From an uncultured virus (IMG/VR IMGVR_UViG_3300012361_000002) (taxonomy: Duplodnaviria; Heunggongvirae; Uroviricota; Caudoviricetes): a stretch of 35,237 bases of DNA. The stretch lies in IMG/VR virus record IMGVR_UViG_3300012361_000002. One strand, written 5' to 3'. A program made the position numbers and the translations under genes. The notes beneath the pieces were generated by a model. The model made no database searches. It saw only the letters and a program-made list of their open reading frames with translations, and was not told where the DNA came from. Positions within the stretch are counted from its first letter, which is position 1. Each line of letters begins with the position of its first letter. Of this stretch, positions 24,465 to 34,458 are shown one piece after another.

Positions 24465-27400
24465 TCAGTACCCCGCGAACTCAATGTTGACCGTCCTGGC
24501 GACGGGGCTGCCTGCATTGGTAGTGGTCACGATGGCAGATGACAAGGAGAGAGCGGTGACGGTCAAGAGATCACCGGCCATCTCGTTGGTTATCGTCGCC
24601 TGCCACGTCGGGAGTCCAGGCACCGACGGCCCTCCACCGGGTCCACCGTTGAACGCCGCAGCCACCAGCGATCCGTCCGACGTGAACGTGACGGTGACGC
24701 CGCCCGGACTGCTCGGCGTAGCAAGACCGATGTAGTGGTCGATTCTCGATGGGATGTGCACCGCATACGAGAAGGCGCTCACCGCGGCGATCGTGTTAGG
24801 GTCGACCGATTGGAGGAACATCTGCATCGCGAACGACCTGCCGACGTAGAACCCGGCCCGGTAGCGACGCCACCCCGTCGACGTGATACTGAACTGGTAA
24901 ATGTCCGGCACGGTGTAGATGTCAGTGATCGCGAACACGTCGCCGTCAAACACGCCATCCGACGACACGTTGATGTTCGGGAAAGCCGAGATAAACACGT
25001 TCGCCGATGTCGAGAAGATGTCCGTGATCGAGAACACGTCGGTCCACGAGAAGATGTTCTGCCCGATCGGAATTCCTTCGGACACCCACGAGACGTCCAC
25101 CAAACACCCGACGACGCGGCCGACGTTGATGAAATGCGAGGTCGGGGCGGTGTATGTGCCGGTCACCACCAGGGACGTATTGATGAAGTAGAAATCCGGG
25201 ATGATGTAGACGTTAGGGATCGTGTAAACGTCGCTAGGGACCGAACCGAACGCGAAGTTGTAGAAGTCGAGCAATCCGTAGAGGTCCGGCACCGCGTAGA
25301 GGTCGCCGGTCCCGAACGTCTCGATGGTGCCATTGTTGTTGTAGGCGCTGCCACCGAACGTGCCTGTCAGGATTCCCGTGACACCGGAGAACTCGTCGAA
25401 GCTCTTGACGATATTGAGCGGGATCACCGAACTGCCGCTCACGATCGAGATCGTTGCCGCATCTGCCGAGTACACGTCCAATCCGGATATGGGCTGGCAG
25501 TGCGCCTTGATGAGGTACAGCGTGCCGCCGACTGACGAACCGATCGCGGGAACGTTAGGGTGGAGGTAGCGGCCGATGACCTGGGCGGAATCCCAGGTGG
25601 CACCGCGCCTGATCTCGTAGTCGATCGGGTTCCTAAAGTCCCTGATCTCGTCCCACGCGAACAGCGTGATGTTGCTCTGGTAGTTCGTGGTGAAGTTCTG
25701 CACGTCCGGCAGCGGTGAAACGAGCGCTGTCCCGACGATCGTGTAGGTGTACGGCGACACGCTGGCCAGCGTCTGCGGCCCGGCACCATAGTGGTTGAAG
25801 TTCACCAGCTTTATGAACAGCGTTTGCCCGATGCGGTCCTGCGTGAACGGGATGCGGAACACTCCCGCGTCGATGCGCACGAACGTCGTTCCGGATGGAA
25901 CCGTCTGCGGGGTCGTCCCATATCCGGCGCGGTTGAGCGTTGTCAGGTTGTAGGAGTTTGCCCCGGTCGGCGTCGCGTCGCGGTACGCCAGGAACTCGCC
26001 GCCCACGTAACAGAGCGTGGCGAACCCGAGCAGGTCGGCTTGCGTGGCGGATATGAGTTGCGATCCGCTCTCGGTCAAGTTAATGGGCAGCGTGCTGGAC
26101 GAGTCAATCGTGGGTGGAGACGTCGCCTGGGTCACAGGCGGAAGCGTCGCAGTGGTAACGCCCATCCTCGTCGGGCCGAGCTGCTGGCCGGAGAACTGGT
26201 AGTTGATCCCGTCGTAGCTGACGTAGACGTTGGCGCCGCCCCACGTCGCTAGGTTGACGCCAGTGACGGCCATCCACACCTCGAGGCCTCCGGCGAGCTG
26301 GTCCGTGGGCTCGAAGAAGAACGGCTGCAGCGTCACGCCCGGGTCGATGTTGCTGTTGAGGACGAACCCGGAGCCTGCCTGCGCACCGAACAGCGGGGAC
26401 GATGCCGAGCCGATGAGCATGTCCTCGGCGAGGAACGTGAGGGTGTAGTCTTGGTTTTCGGTGATCTCCTTGATGCGCACCAGCTTGCGACTGAGCCCGA
26501 GCGCCACGTCCGTCAGCGTCACCAGGTCCATGGGCTCCAGCAGGACGAACTTTGCCCCGAGCGAGAACTGGTAGGTGGTGATCACCTGCTCGCGGCCGAG
26601 CTGGAGGAGCGCACACTGCTGCGCGGCAGGCCCGTAGCAGAACAGGTCGAGCTGCTTCGTGTCCCGCGCGCGCAACGTGTACTGCTGGATCAAGGCGTCG
26701 TCCTTCACCTCGACGACCGTCGGGTTGTAGTCCGGCGTCGAACCGGCCGCCCCCGCGTAGTTGAAGTTGCGGTCGAGATATTGGACCTTGACGTTGTTGT
26801 AGATGTCCGCCACCGCCTTGATGGTGACGATGACCGGAGACGAGTAGCTGTTGTTGCCGCCGGCCTGGAAGTCGTCGTCGGTCAGATCGTAGATCGGCGA
26901 CAGGTTGGGCGTGAACGACGCGCCGTGTCCGCTGACCGGCGAGTCATAATAGGGCACGACCTTGAGTTGGCCGTTCGACCACACCGCCTCCGCCACGCAA
27001 CCGTAGAGGATGTCCTGCATGAAGGAGTTGGCATCCTTCTGCGCCGACAGGATAGGCGACATCCAGATGCCGACGGACTGGCAGTAGTTGTAGAGCGTGA
27101 CGAGGTTGGTGTCGCCGATGCGGCTGGACGGGAACTGGAGTCCGTATTTGTTGTTCGTCAGGAAGTCGACGATGATGTCACGCGGGTTCGCGTCGAGCGT
27201 CGTGTTGGAAGGTTCGAGGAACCCGAACATCACCTCGAAGTTGAGCGCCGGGAGTTCCGGCGACGTGTGGAGGTTGAACGGTGCCGCCGCAACATAGGCC
27301 ACGCCGCGGTAGGCGCGCGCATCGTTAGGGTGGTTCGTCATCACGAAGGACCACGCCGTCTGCGTGTAACTGCCGGTGAACAGCGCAAAGTTGAGCGCGG

Positions 27401-27893
27401 CCAGGGACGAGATGTTGCCGCTCACCCATACGCCGTTGCCGATGGGGGACGTGGTGGTACTGGTCAAGATCTGACTTATGAGCGTCTTGATCGTCGCCTG
27501 CGTTATCGGGTTGTTGAAGCCGTTAAAGAACAAGTTGTTGTTCTGGCTTCCGAATACATTGCCGGATACGGCGGCCGTGCTACCCACCTGCGTGCCGACG
27601 CCTAGGATCGGCCCCTCACACAGCCCGCACACCACCGTGGCGGAGTAGTTAGTCTGGGTTCCCCCTCCTCCACCCTTCCCGCCGCCGCCAGATCCAGAAC
27701 CTTTGCCGCCACCGGAACTCTGCTGGACCTCTGTCGCCAGGAAGTCGTTGTAATATATCAAATTAGGCGCAATGCGGTTGGTACCCCAGCCGATCGGGAT
27801 CGGCGTGCCGGCGACGGCCGTCTGGACCCGCAGCTGGGTGGCTGGCGGTGTCGGCGCTGTCTTCCGGCCGCCGCCGCCGAAGAAGTTGGTCAT
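24465..27893 (-). CDS. Tail tip/host-specificity protein (GTA megatron / gpJ-like)
   Basis: 1142 aa; GTPIPIGWG.NR, AYRGVAY, LNFEV, DANP, LEPMDLV; follows NlpC/P60. Confidence 0.88.
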   Translation of the reverse strand: MTNFFGGGGRKTAPTPPATQLRVQTAVAGTPIPIGWGTNRIAPNLIYYNDFLATEVQQSSGGGKGSGSGGGGKGGGGGTQTNYSATVVCGLCEGPILGVGTQVGSTAAVSGNVFGSQNNNLFFNGFNNPITQATIKTLISQILTSTTTSPIGNGVWVSGNISSLAALNFALFTGSYTQTAWSFVMTNHPNDARAYRGVAYVAAAPFNLHTSPELPALNFEVMFGFLEPSNTTLDANPRDIIVDFLTNNKYGLQFPSSRIGDTNLVTLYNYCQSVGIWMSPILSAQKDANSFMQDILYGCVAEAVWSNGQLKVVPYYDSPVSGHGASFTPNLSPIYDLTDDDFQAGGNNSYSSPVIVTIKAVADIYNNVKVQYLDRNFNYAGAAGSTPDYNPTVVEVKDDALIQQYTLRARDTKQLDLFCYGPAAQQCALLQLGREQVITTYQFSLGAKFVLLEPMDLVTLTDVALGLSRKLVRIKEITENQDYTLTFLAEDMLIGSASSPLFGAQAGSGFVLNSNIDPGVTLQPFFFEPTDQLAGGLEVWMAVTGVNLATWGGANVYVSYDGINYQFSGQQLGPTRMGVTTATLPPVTQATSPPTIDSSSTLPINLTESGSQLISATQADLLGFATLCYVGGEFLAYRDATPTGANSYNLTTLNRAGYGTTPQTVPSGTTFVRIDAGVFRIPFTQDRIGQTLFIKLVNFNHYGAGPQTLASVSPYTYTIVGTALVSPLPDVQNFTTNYQSNITLFAWDEIRDFRNPIDYEIRRGATWDSAQVIGRYLHPNVPAIGSSVGGTLYLIKAHCQPISGLDVYSADAATISIVSGSSVIPLNIVKSFDEFSGVTGILTGTFGGSAYNNNGTIETFGTGDLYAVPDLYGLLDFYNFAFGSVPSDVYTIPNVYIIPDFYFINTSLVVTGTYTAPTSHFINVGRVVGCLVDVSWVSEGIPIGQNIFSWTDVFSITDIFSTSANVFISAFPNINVSSDGVFDGDVFAITDIYTVPDIYQFSITSTGWRRYRAGFYVGRSFAMQMFLQSVDPNTIAAVSAFSYAVHIPSRIDHYIGLATPSSPGGVTVTFTSDGSLVAAAFNGGPGGGPSVPGLPTWQATITNEMAGDLLTVTALSLSSAIVTTTNAGSPVARTVNIEFAGY

Positions 27894-27928
27894 GGTGTTG
27901 ACGCCGTCCTTGCCGACGGAGTCATACT

Positions 27929-28141
27929 ACGCGGCGACGACGGACAGAAGGAAGTAAACCAACGCGCAAGTCATGCGGCACATGCAAACATTGGCTGCGA
28001 GATCAGGATCCGCCGTCCTGCGGATGGGAAGAACCGAATTTGCCATTCTGGGCGTCCATCAGCAACGGCGACCATGGTGATTATACCGAGGCAACGGATG
28101 GCGCGCGATGTCTAACGTGGGAAGAAATTACCAGAGGCTGA
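27929..28141 (+). pseudogene. Counter-oriented Cys-rich reading frame with no canonical start before its Cys motif
   Basis: Frame reads ...RKSCGTCKHW...SCGW...LPFWA...DGARCLTWEEITRG*; GGTGTTGACG upstream. Confidence 0.45.
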
Positions 28142-28610
28142 AGAACTTCACCTCCCTTGCCATCGCGAGGTGCGCCTGGTCTCCGCGCACCTCGTAGATG
28201 ATCTTGGCCCCCATGTCCCCGTGGATGATCCACGGCCACCCTACGGCCTGTTCGAAGTCCTTGACGTGCTCTGGCCAGTCGTGGGCGTTGACGATCCCGC
28301 CGTGCGAGAAATCCCTCGCGATGTGGAACATCGCGATGTCACCGGGCCGTACCCGGTCACGATCCACCTCGTGGGCGTACTTCCTGATGTGCTGAAGGTA
28401 CTGCCCAGACGCGCGATGCAGATGGGCGTTCGACGAGTAGACAGATATCGGTACCTCTGGGACAAGGCCAGCCTCCTCGTAGACCTTCGCGAAGAACGTG
28501 CAGTCGGCGGCGACGCCCTTGATGCGGGCTCCGTGGCGGTACGGCGTACCGATCCAGCTATGTGCGATGGTGACGACGCGTTGACGCTGGGCAAGTTCGG
28601 TGGTGTTCAT
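28128..28610 (-). CDS. NlpC/P60 tail-associated peptidase
   Basis: WIGTPYRH...ADC, PGDIAMF, SHGGI and IIH motifs. Confidence 0.9.
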   Translation of the reverse strand: MNTTELAQRQRVVTIAHSWIGTPYRHGARIKGVAADCTFFAKVYEEAGLVPEVPISVYSSNAHLHRASGQYLQHIRKYAHEVDRDRVRPGDIAMFHIARDFSHGGIVNAHDWPEHVKDFEQAVGWPWIIHGDMGAKIIYEVRGDQAHLAMAREVKFFSLW

Positions 28611-29392
28611 CTCGCCGCAGCAATCTTTTCTGCGCGTCGGCTCACGAAAGCAGCCTTCGCCTCTGGCGTTAGCGATGCCCACCAGTTCTTGACTTGGGAC
28701 GAAAGCCTGGATTGAGCGCCCGGCTTAGCTGCGGCGGCACGCGCGGCCTGACTAGAAATCTCGGAGCGTCGTTCCTGTGACAAGTTGCGCTCGCGCGCCT
28801 TGGCGATCTTTTTGCCTATCGCTGATCGTTCTTCTGGAGACCGTTGAGCCCATGCATCGTTATTGCGTGCTGTTGCCATCTTCGAGCGTTGATCATGCGG
28901 AATGGCATCCCACATAATTCGGATACCTTCATAAAGTTTTTCATCTTCCTGGGCAGTTCGTTTCCGACCTGGCTTGAATTGTGTTTTGGCCGCTGCTTCA
29001 CGTCCCTCTGGGGTCCAATCATGCGGTTTGCCACGTGTTACCGCACCGATGCGCTCACCCCATCCGTCTGGTTTCTTTTTCCCTTTCTTGATCATGGACC
29101 AATGTTCACGAGAGGCTTGCGTCTGAACCCATCGTCCACCGAAAGTGTCCGTCAATTTGTTCGATAAAGCAGGATTGATGCGGCGATAAAGCTTGATCCA
29201 CTTTGATTCGGCATCGTTGCGACTGACACCTACCCCAGTTTCCAAAACTTGCACTTGCGGTTTGTATCCCAGAACCTTCTTATGTTCTTTCAGCCGACGT
29301 TTAAGGTCATTCGTCGAGCCGACGTAAATCGGAATGGCGGATTGGTTGAACAGAAGATAGATCAGCCATTTGTGGTTTATCAGCTTTGTCAT
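28607..29392 (-). CDS. GIY-YIG homing endonuclease
   Basis: LIYLL...IYVGST..LKRRLKEH...E..WI, followed by a basic repeat-like tail. Confidence 0.85.
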   Translation of the reverse strand: MTKLINHKWLIYLLFNQSAIPIYVGSTNDLKRRLKEHKKVLGYKPQVQVLETGVGVSRNDAESKWIKLYRRINPALSNKLTDTFGGRWVQTQASREHWSMIKKGKKKPDGWGERIGAVTRGKPHDWTPEGREAAAKTQFKPGRKRTAQEDEKLYEGIRIMWDAIPHDQRSKMATARNNDAWAQRSPEERSAIGKKIAKARERNLSQERRSEISSQAARAAAAKPGAQSRLSSQVKNWWASLTPEAKAAFVSRRAEKIAAAR

Positions 29393-29395
29393 AAC

Positions 29396-30325
29396 TTAGA
29401 CCGCGACCTCTGGTTTTGGTATCAACGATTCTCCGCCGTGATTCACGAGGTTATTGAATTTGTTAGCACAAGTTTGCTCCGATTTGTCGCATCCCGGATA
29501 AGCCGTGAACCCGTCTCCCACCGCCACCGCGAACGGGAACGGCGCGATGAGGAACATCGTTGACCCGTCGAACGATTTCACCATGCGGCGGAACCCGGCG
29601 TTGAGCCCGCTCACCATCGTCACCTGCCCCAGCGTGAACCATCCGGCAGGAGGACCGATCCCCGTGGCCACGATCTGGGACTGCGTCGACCCGGCTTGGG
29701 CGTTGCCGTTGATGTGGAAGTCCACCTGGTTCAGGGCGCACCCAGCGTCGAACAGCGTCCACCGGCACGGTGCCTGCCACAGGTTCCGCGGCATCATCAG
29801 GCGGAACTGGTCGAGCCACGAGTTGATGGAGATGACCGCCTGGTTGCGCATCACATCGACCGCCGCGACCCGCCCGGCGAAGTAGTCCACGATCACGAAG
29901 GTCCCAGAACCGTCAGAGAAGGCCGCCAGTGGGCTTTTCCACGGCTGGGGCCAGGATGGCCAGTAGGCCCGATGGATGTCCACCTGGGCTCCTGCGAGCG
30001 CCCCAGCGGCCACCGCGGCGAGGAACGGCGTGCTGCCTATGGTGATGGGGAACAGCGCGAGCGTCACCGGGTCGAACTCGACCGGCATGGCGTAGACCTG
30101 CCACGTGTCGGTGTCGAGGCCGGTCTTCCAGTGCCCGACCGCCTTGTTGCCGCTCTGGTCGAAGAACAGCGCCGACGAGTAGGTGTTGCCGGCATAGGTG
30201 ATGTCCACGTCCGCGGTCGTGTAACGCAACACCTGTCCGGTGATGAGCGTGAACTGGTAGAGGTCGCAGAAGACGAACTGGCCGGTCCCCAGCAGCGTGA
30301 CGAGGCCGGTCGGCGCGGTCTTCAT
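29396..30325 (-). CDS. Tail hub protein (DUF2163 / BR0599 family)
   Basis: LRYT..D, PCRWTLFDAGC, YPGCDKS..TC..KFNN..N.GG motifs. Confidence 0.9.
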   Translation of the reverse strand: MKTAPTGLVTLLGTGQFVFCDLYQFTLITGQVLRYTTADVDITYAGNTYSSALFFDQSGNKAVGHWKTGLDTDTWQVYAMPVEFDPVTLALFPITIGSTPFLAAVAAGALAGAQVDIHRAYWPSWPQPWKSPLAAFSDGSGTFVIVDYFAGRVAAVDVMRNQAVISINSWLDQFRLMMPRNLWQAPCRWTLFDAGCALNQVDFHINGNAQAGSTQSQIVATGIGPPAGWFTLGQVTMVSGLNAGFRRMVKSFDGSTMFLIAPFPFAVAVGDGFTAYPGCDKSEQTCANKFNNLVNHGGESLIPKPEVAV

Positions 30326-30558
30326 TTGATGTCCGAGGTGTCTATCCGAGGCGTGGCCATAGACATGACTTCCGTAAGTCTCTCAAACTGATCATCGAAC
30401 TCTAGAATCGCGAGCCTAGCTCTCGCGTCAGCCAACCTAGCGATGTCATCGCCAATCGCATTGGCATGCAATGGACCAACAGCCAGTAACAGATGACGCT
30501 TCAACGCGTCGACGGCACTATCAAATTCATGGCGGACTTCTTCTGTTCGTTTTGTCAT
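30322..30558 (-). CDS. Hypothetical protein
   Basis: Abuts both neighbours; codon usage differs from the tail genes. Confidence 0.55.
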   Translation of the reverse strand: MTKRTEEVRHEFDSAVDALKRHLLLAVGPLHANAIGDDIARLADARARLAILEFDDQFERLTEVMSMATPRIDTSDIK

Positions 30559-31191
30559 CTACTTGCTCTGCGTCTTGATGGTCGTGAATTTCAGACTCTT
30601 GACCTCCCAAAGCGCACTCATGAACTTCGAGAAGTCGAGGTTGTCGTCGTCGAAACGGCACAGCCACCGGAAGGTCCCCGTCCACGTCAGGTTGGCACCA
30701 CCCGCCGGGGGACTGTTGAACGTGATGAGCCCCTGGGTGCCGAGCGTGAACAGCACGGTCGGCGTGCCGTTGATCTTGACGACCGGCGTTCCGACCGGGG
30801 CGAACACCGGCTCGTTCCAGACGAAGCCGCCTGCCCCCGTCATCGTGCGCGTCAGCGGGAACCCCACCGTCGTCCCATCTCCGACGCCGAATAGTTGGTC
30901 CGTTACCGAGCTGTCGTCGGTGTCGAGGAACTGGAACACGCCGAACGATCCGTTGAGCTGGTTGTAGAACGCGTTGAGGGCCTGCCATTCAAGGGCAACG
31001 GCGTTCTGGAACGCCACCGACTTGGAGTTCAAGAGCGAGATCGGCAGGTCGTACATCCACCTGTTGAAACTCCAAAGCGGGATCGGGTTGTCCATCCCGG
31101 ACACCGATTCCTGGTGCAGCGTCCTCCATATCGGCGAGCGCGTGGCCGGGTAGGTGATGAAGTTGAACGTCGGGAGGATCGGGGGGGCCAT
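30559..31191 (-). CDS. Distal tail protein (DUF2460 family)
   Basis: SG.D, F.F.D..D, FGVGDGTT..F.L, PPAGG and CRFDDD motifs. Confidence 0.88.
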   Translation of the reverse strand: MAPPILPTFNFITYPATRSPIWRTLHQESVSGMDNPIPLWSFNRWMYDLPISLLNSKSVAFQNAVALEWQALNAFYNQLNGSFGVFQFLDTDDSSVTDQLFGVGDGTTVGFPLTRTMTGAGGFVWNEPVFAPVGTPVVKINGTPTVLFTLGTQGLITFNSPPAGGANLTWTGTFRWLCRFDDDNLDFSKFMSALWEVKSLKFTTIKTQSK

Positions 31192-31192
31192 A

Positions 31193-31375
31193 TCATCGTT
31201 CCTGCACTGCCGCGTGGCAGTTTGGTTCGTGGTCGCAATAGACGCAACGGCCGTTGGTACCGATCTCAAATGTCCGGCACGGTCCGAGGTTTCCTACATA
31301 TGTGTTGCACTGGCAGAATGGGTTCGAGAAGCGCTCCGTCAGCGTAGTTTCGCAACGTCCCTGGTTCTCGTCCAT
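31193..31375 (-). CDS. Small Cys/His-rich protein
   Basis: Fills the gap exactly; GAGG RBS; CVYCDH...CH. Confidence 0.6.
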   Translation of the reverse strand: MDENQGRCETTLTERFSNPFCQCNTYVGNLGPCRTFEIGTNGRCVYCDHEPNCHAAVQER

Positions 31376-31376
31376 G

Positions 31377-33476
31377 TCAGTACCTCGGCCGCAGCGTCGG
31401 GTTGGCGTTCATCGCCTCGACGACGTGGCGCGCTATCATCTGTCCGCCGCCGCCGCGCAGCCAGCTCTGGATGCTCGACCCATCCCACGCCGAGATGTTG
31501 AACGTCGCGGCGAGTCCTCCACCACCTCCATACGGTTTGATGTTCTCAGATGCCGGGATGATCGCCTCGCCCTGGTGGATGAGCGCCATTCCGGTGCGAG
31601 GCACGTAGTCGGTGCCGGTGTCGAGCGCGACCGCGGCAGTCGCCGCCGCGACCGTAGCAGTCGCCAACGCAGCACCCTCGGCGGGTGCCGCCGGCCCCTG
31701 CACGGGGGCAAAGAACGCCGTGAACCCAGCGAACAGCGGACCGAACATGCTCGTGATGACCTTGATGAGAGCGCCCAGTATCTCGGACGGGGCCGCCAGC
31801 GCCGACGCTAGCATGCCGCTCAGGGGTTTGATGACGGCCAACAGGAGGAACTCGTCGATGATCTTAAGAACGAGTTCAAGCATGATGTTCTTGATCGCTT
31901 GCGACCATGTGGTGGTACCCTGAAGGATGCCGCGGAGTTGGCTGGTGAACGCGGTTGAGATGCCTCTCAAGGTGGATTCCCATTGCTGTGTCGACCTTTT
32001 CAACTCCTCCAATTTAAGTTTCTCTCCCTCGCGCGTGATCTCAAAGGTTTCCTTCTGGTAGTTCCGCTCTATGTTGGCCCGTACCCTGGCGTTGTCGCCG
32101 TACTCCGCTATCTCGTTTGCAAAAATCTCATCCGTGGCCCTTTGGCGCGCCGCCAGCGCCTCTCTGAGTGTCGCGACTTTCTGTCCTTCCGTTATCTTAT
32201 ACGTTGCGAGGTCTTCATCTTCTTTGATCTTCAACAGCGCATATTTTTCTTTCACGGCGTCCAATTGAGCACCGAACTCACGCAGCGCCGTCGGGTCGAA
32301 TTTGTCCTCCTTGTCACTGCCTGGGAATTTGATTGCATCGAACTTCTTCCCGGTCGCGACGAGTCCATCGAATTCACCGCCAAGGTTCTCAGCCTCTTTG
32401 ACGGAGCTTGTGAGCGATGCCGATAATTTCGTCGTGCTCGTGGCTAGGGCTCTAAGAGAACCTTCGGCTGCTCCGAATCGACCAGCGAACGTGTCAACAT
32501 CGCCGGCCCACTTGGACGTGACGTCCTGGAATGTGCCCTTCAACTCTGCGAAGATGGTGGCGAAGGCTGCCCGGATGGCTTTGGCGACGGCCATTCCCCA
32601 CTCTTGCAGAGATGGAAGAAGCCCAGCCAGTTGCGCCTTGAACCAGGTGGCCATGTTAGAGGTAGCGGCATTCCACTCCTTCTCGAAATCGGCCGCTTTG
32701 TGAACTACTTCCGCGTCGAGACCAACACCCAAGTCTTTCGCCTTCTTCACCATGGCATCGAACGCGACAGGCCCCTGTTGCAGCACGCGCACCAATTCTT
32801 GCGACAGGCCGAGGGATTCGCCGACTTTACGGGCCAGTGGTGCGCCTCCCTCGGCGACTGCCTGCTGAAGCAGCCGAGCCGACTCCCTAATGAAGTCGTT
32901 CGTCGAAACGATATTGTCCTTGGAATCCTTCCACTTGATGTTGTTGGCGTCGAGAAACTTCCCAAGTTCGCCGGAGTCGTATTTAATGTTCGTCAGTTTC
33001 TTCGATACCTCATCTAGGCTTGAGATAATCTTGTCTGAGGAAACACCCGCCGCATTGAAAGCTGACTGAAGAAGTTGGAACCTCTCTATCGACACGCCCG
33101 TCTCATTCGCGGACCGCTCTAACTTGATCATCTCTTCACCGAGAAGATGAACGCCTTCGGCGAGGCCAGCGACCGCTGCGATAGCGATCCCGATGCCGGG
33201 TGCCTTCGACAATATTCCTATGATGCCGGACGCCGCTGAAACGTTACCTCCCTTCTGGATCGTGTCGTTGAGAGATTTTAGGACCGTATCGAAATGGGTG
33301 AGGCTGGTCGCAGCATCATCGAAAGCCGCCCCCATCTTCTCCCCGAAGGCGGTGAACTGCGACGACATCGCGTCGGTCTGATCTCGCAGTTGGTTCAGCT
33401 TGGCCGAAACGTCGGCGGCACCCTGATCAATGCCATCGGTCTTCGCACCAAATTGCAGAGAGACATCATCAGCCAT
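31377..33476 (-). CDS. Tape measure protein
   Basis: 699 aa, helical and Ala-rich; C-terminal GTDYVPRTGMALIHQGEAIIPA; follows the chaperones. Confidence 0.9.
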   Translation of the reverse strand: MADDVSLQFGAKTDGIDQGAADVSAKLNQLRDQTDAMSSQFTAFGEKMGAAFDDAATSLTHFDTVLKSLNDTIQKGGNVSAASGIIGILSKAPGIGIAIAAVAGLAEGVHLLGEEMIKLERSANETGVSIERFQLLQSAFNAAGVSSDKIISSLDEVSKKLTNIKYDSGELGKFLDANNIKWKDSKDNIVSTNDFIRESARLLQQAVAEGGAPLARKVGESLGLSQELVRVLQQGPVAFDAMVKKAKDLGVGLDAEVVHKAADFEKEWNAATSNMATWFKAQLAGLLPSLQEWGMAVAKAIRAAFATIFAELKGTFQDVTSKWAGDVDTFAGRFGAAEGSLRALATSTTKLSASLTSSVKEAENLGGEFDGLVATGKKFDAIKFPGSDKEDKFDPTALREFGAQLDAVKEKYALLKIKEDEDLATYKITEGQKVATLREALAARQRATDEIFANEIAEYGDNARVRANIERNYQKETFEITREGEKLKLEELKRSTQQWESTLRGISTAFTSQLRGILQGTTTWSQAIKNIMLELVLKIIDEFLLLAVIKPLSGMLASALAAPSEILGALIKVITSMFGPLFAGFTAFFAPVQGPAAPAEGAALATATVAAATAAVALDTGTDYVPRTGMALIHQGEAIIPASENIKPYGGGGGLAATFNISAWDGSSIQSWLRGGGGQMIARHVVEAMNANPTLRPRY

Positions 33477-33832
33477 CAGAGTTGTCCTATCCCGTCGATC
33501 TTCCCGCCAGTCGCCGCCATGTGCCGCTCGAACTGCTCGAACGTCATGTGGCCCTTCTTGGGCGTCAGGTCATAGTCTTCGGCCGTCAAGTCCTTCACCG
33601 TCTTAACGTTATACAATTTCTCCAGCGGGATACCCAGCGCTGCGGCTACGGTGCTGACGAGAACGCGCAGCGGTGGGTTGCGCTTCCAGTATCCATGGGC
33701 GATCGCTACGTCGTGGAGCGTCATCCGCCTCACCTCCTCGAACCCTATCCCGTGGTCCAGGAACGGGCCGAACACGTCCTGCCAGAACTCTGGATCGGTC
33801 AGACCGCGGGCGTCACCGCCGTTTGAGGGTTT
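33476..33832 (-). CDS. Tail assembly chaperone, T portion (-1 frameshift product)
   Basis: The -1 frame is open from the slippery site through ...MTL...YWKRNPP to the stop overlapping the TMP start. Confidence 0.7.
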   Translation of the reverse strand, partial: KPSNGGDARGLTDPEFWQDVFGPFLDHGIGFEEVRRMTLHDVAIAHGYWKRNPPLRVLVSTVAAALGIPLEKLYNVKTVKDLTAEDYDLTPKKGHMTFEQFERHMAATGGKIDGIGQL

Positions 33833-34098
33833 GCGGTGGCTTTCAACCCCGCTAGATCCATGATCACCTTCGACGCCTCCATCACCTCGTCGAGGGTGGC
33901 CTCGAGAGAGCCGACATCACCGACGCTGGGATCCGCGCGCAGCAGCGCCAGCTTGAGAATCATGAACGAGCGCGCCGATGCCTGGACGTTGTCGTCGGAG
34001 ATGATCCCGGCGAGTTGCTCCAGTTCGTCGATGTTGAAGGCATGGACGGTGTAACTGTCCCCGTCCAGCATGATGGTCGCGGTCCTTTTTCCTGGCAT
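33799..34098 (-). CDS. Tail assembly chaperone (gpG-like)
   Basis: AAGGA RBS; position before the TMP; slippery site near its 3' end. Confidence 0.8.
   Translation of the reverse strand: MPGKRTATIMLDGDSYTVHAFNIDELEQLAGIISDDNVQASARSFMILKLALLRADPSVGDVGSLEATLDEVMEASKVIMDLAGLKATANPQTAVTPAV
33826..33832 (-). promoter_or_regulatory. -1 ribosomal slippery heptamer A-AAC-CCT
   Basis: X XXY YYZ pattern in frame (GCA AAC CCT). Confidence 0.7.
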
Positions 34099-34206
34099 GG
34101 CGGTGGTTCCTTTGGTTTTCCTTGCAAACAAACTACCCGATGAAATCATTGTCGCAGAAGGACGAAAACTGAGATTGCCAAAAATTGGCGTTAAATATGC
34201 GCGTGG

Positions 34207-34458
34207 CTATATACGCCGCTTCGCCTTGCTCTGGAGCCGCTTGAGCGTCGCCTCCCGGCTGGCGCCGAGGATGAGCCCGACCCTGACGTTGATGAGGATG
34301 AGGCTGGAGACCTTCAGACCGGCGGACTCCGCGGCCCGCCGCACGGCATCGATCAGCACATGGTCAATGGGGTCGAGGGACGGGCGGCCACCACGGTTCC
34401 GCCCCGCGGCTCCTCCACCACCTGCTTTGCTGCCTTTGACGCGCGGCGCACGAGCCAT
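34207..34458 (-). CDS. Basic hypothetical protein (GGRP motif)
   Basis: AGGGA upstream of ATG; overlaps the alternative ORF 34353-34691. Confidence 0.45.
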   Translation of the reverse strand: MARAPRVKGSKAGGGGAAGRNRGGRPSLDPIDHVLIDAVRRAAESAGLKVSSLILINVRVGLILGASREATLKRLQSKAKRRI

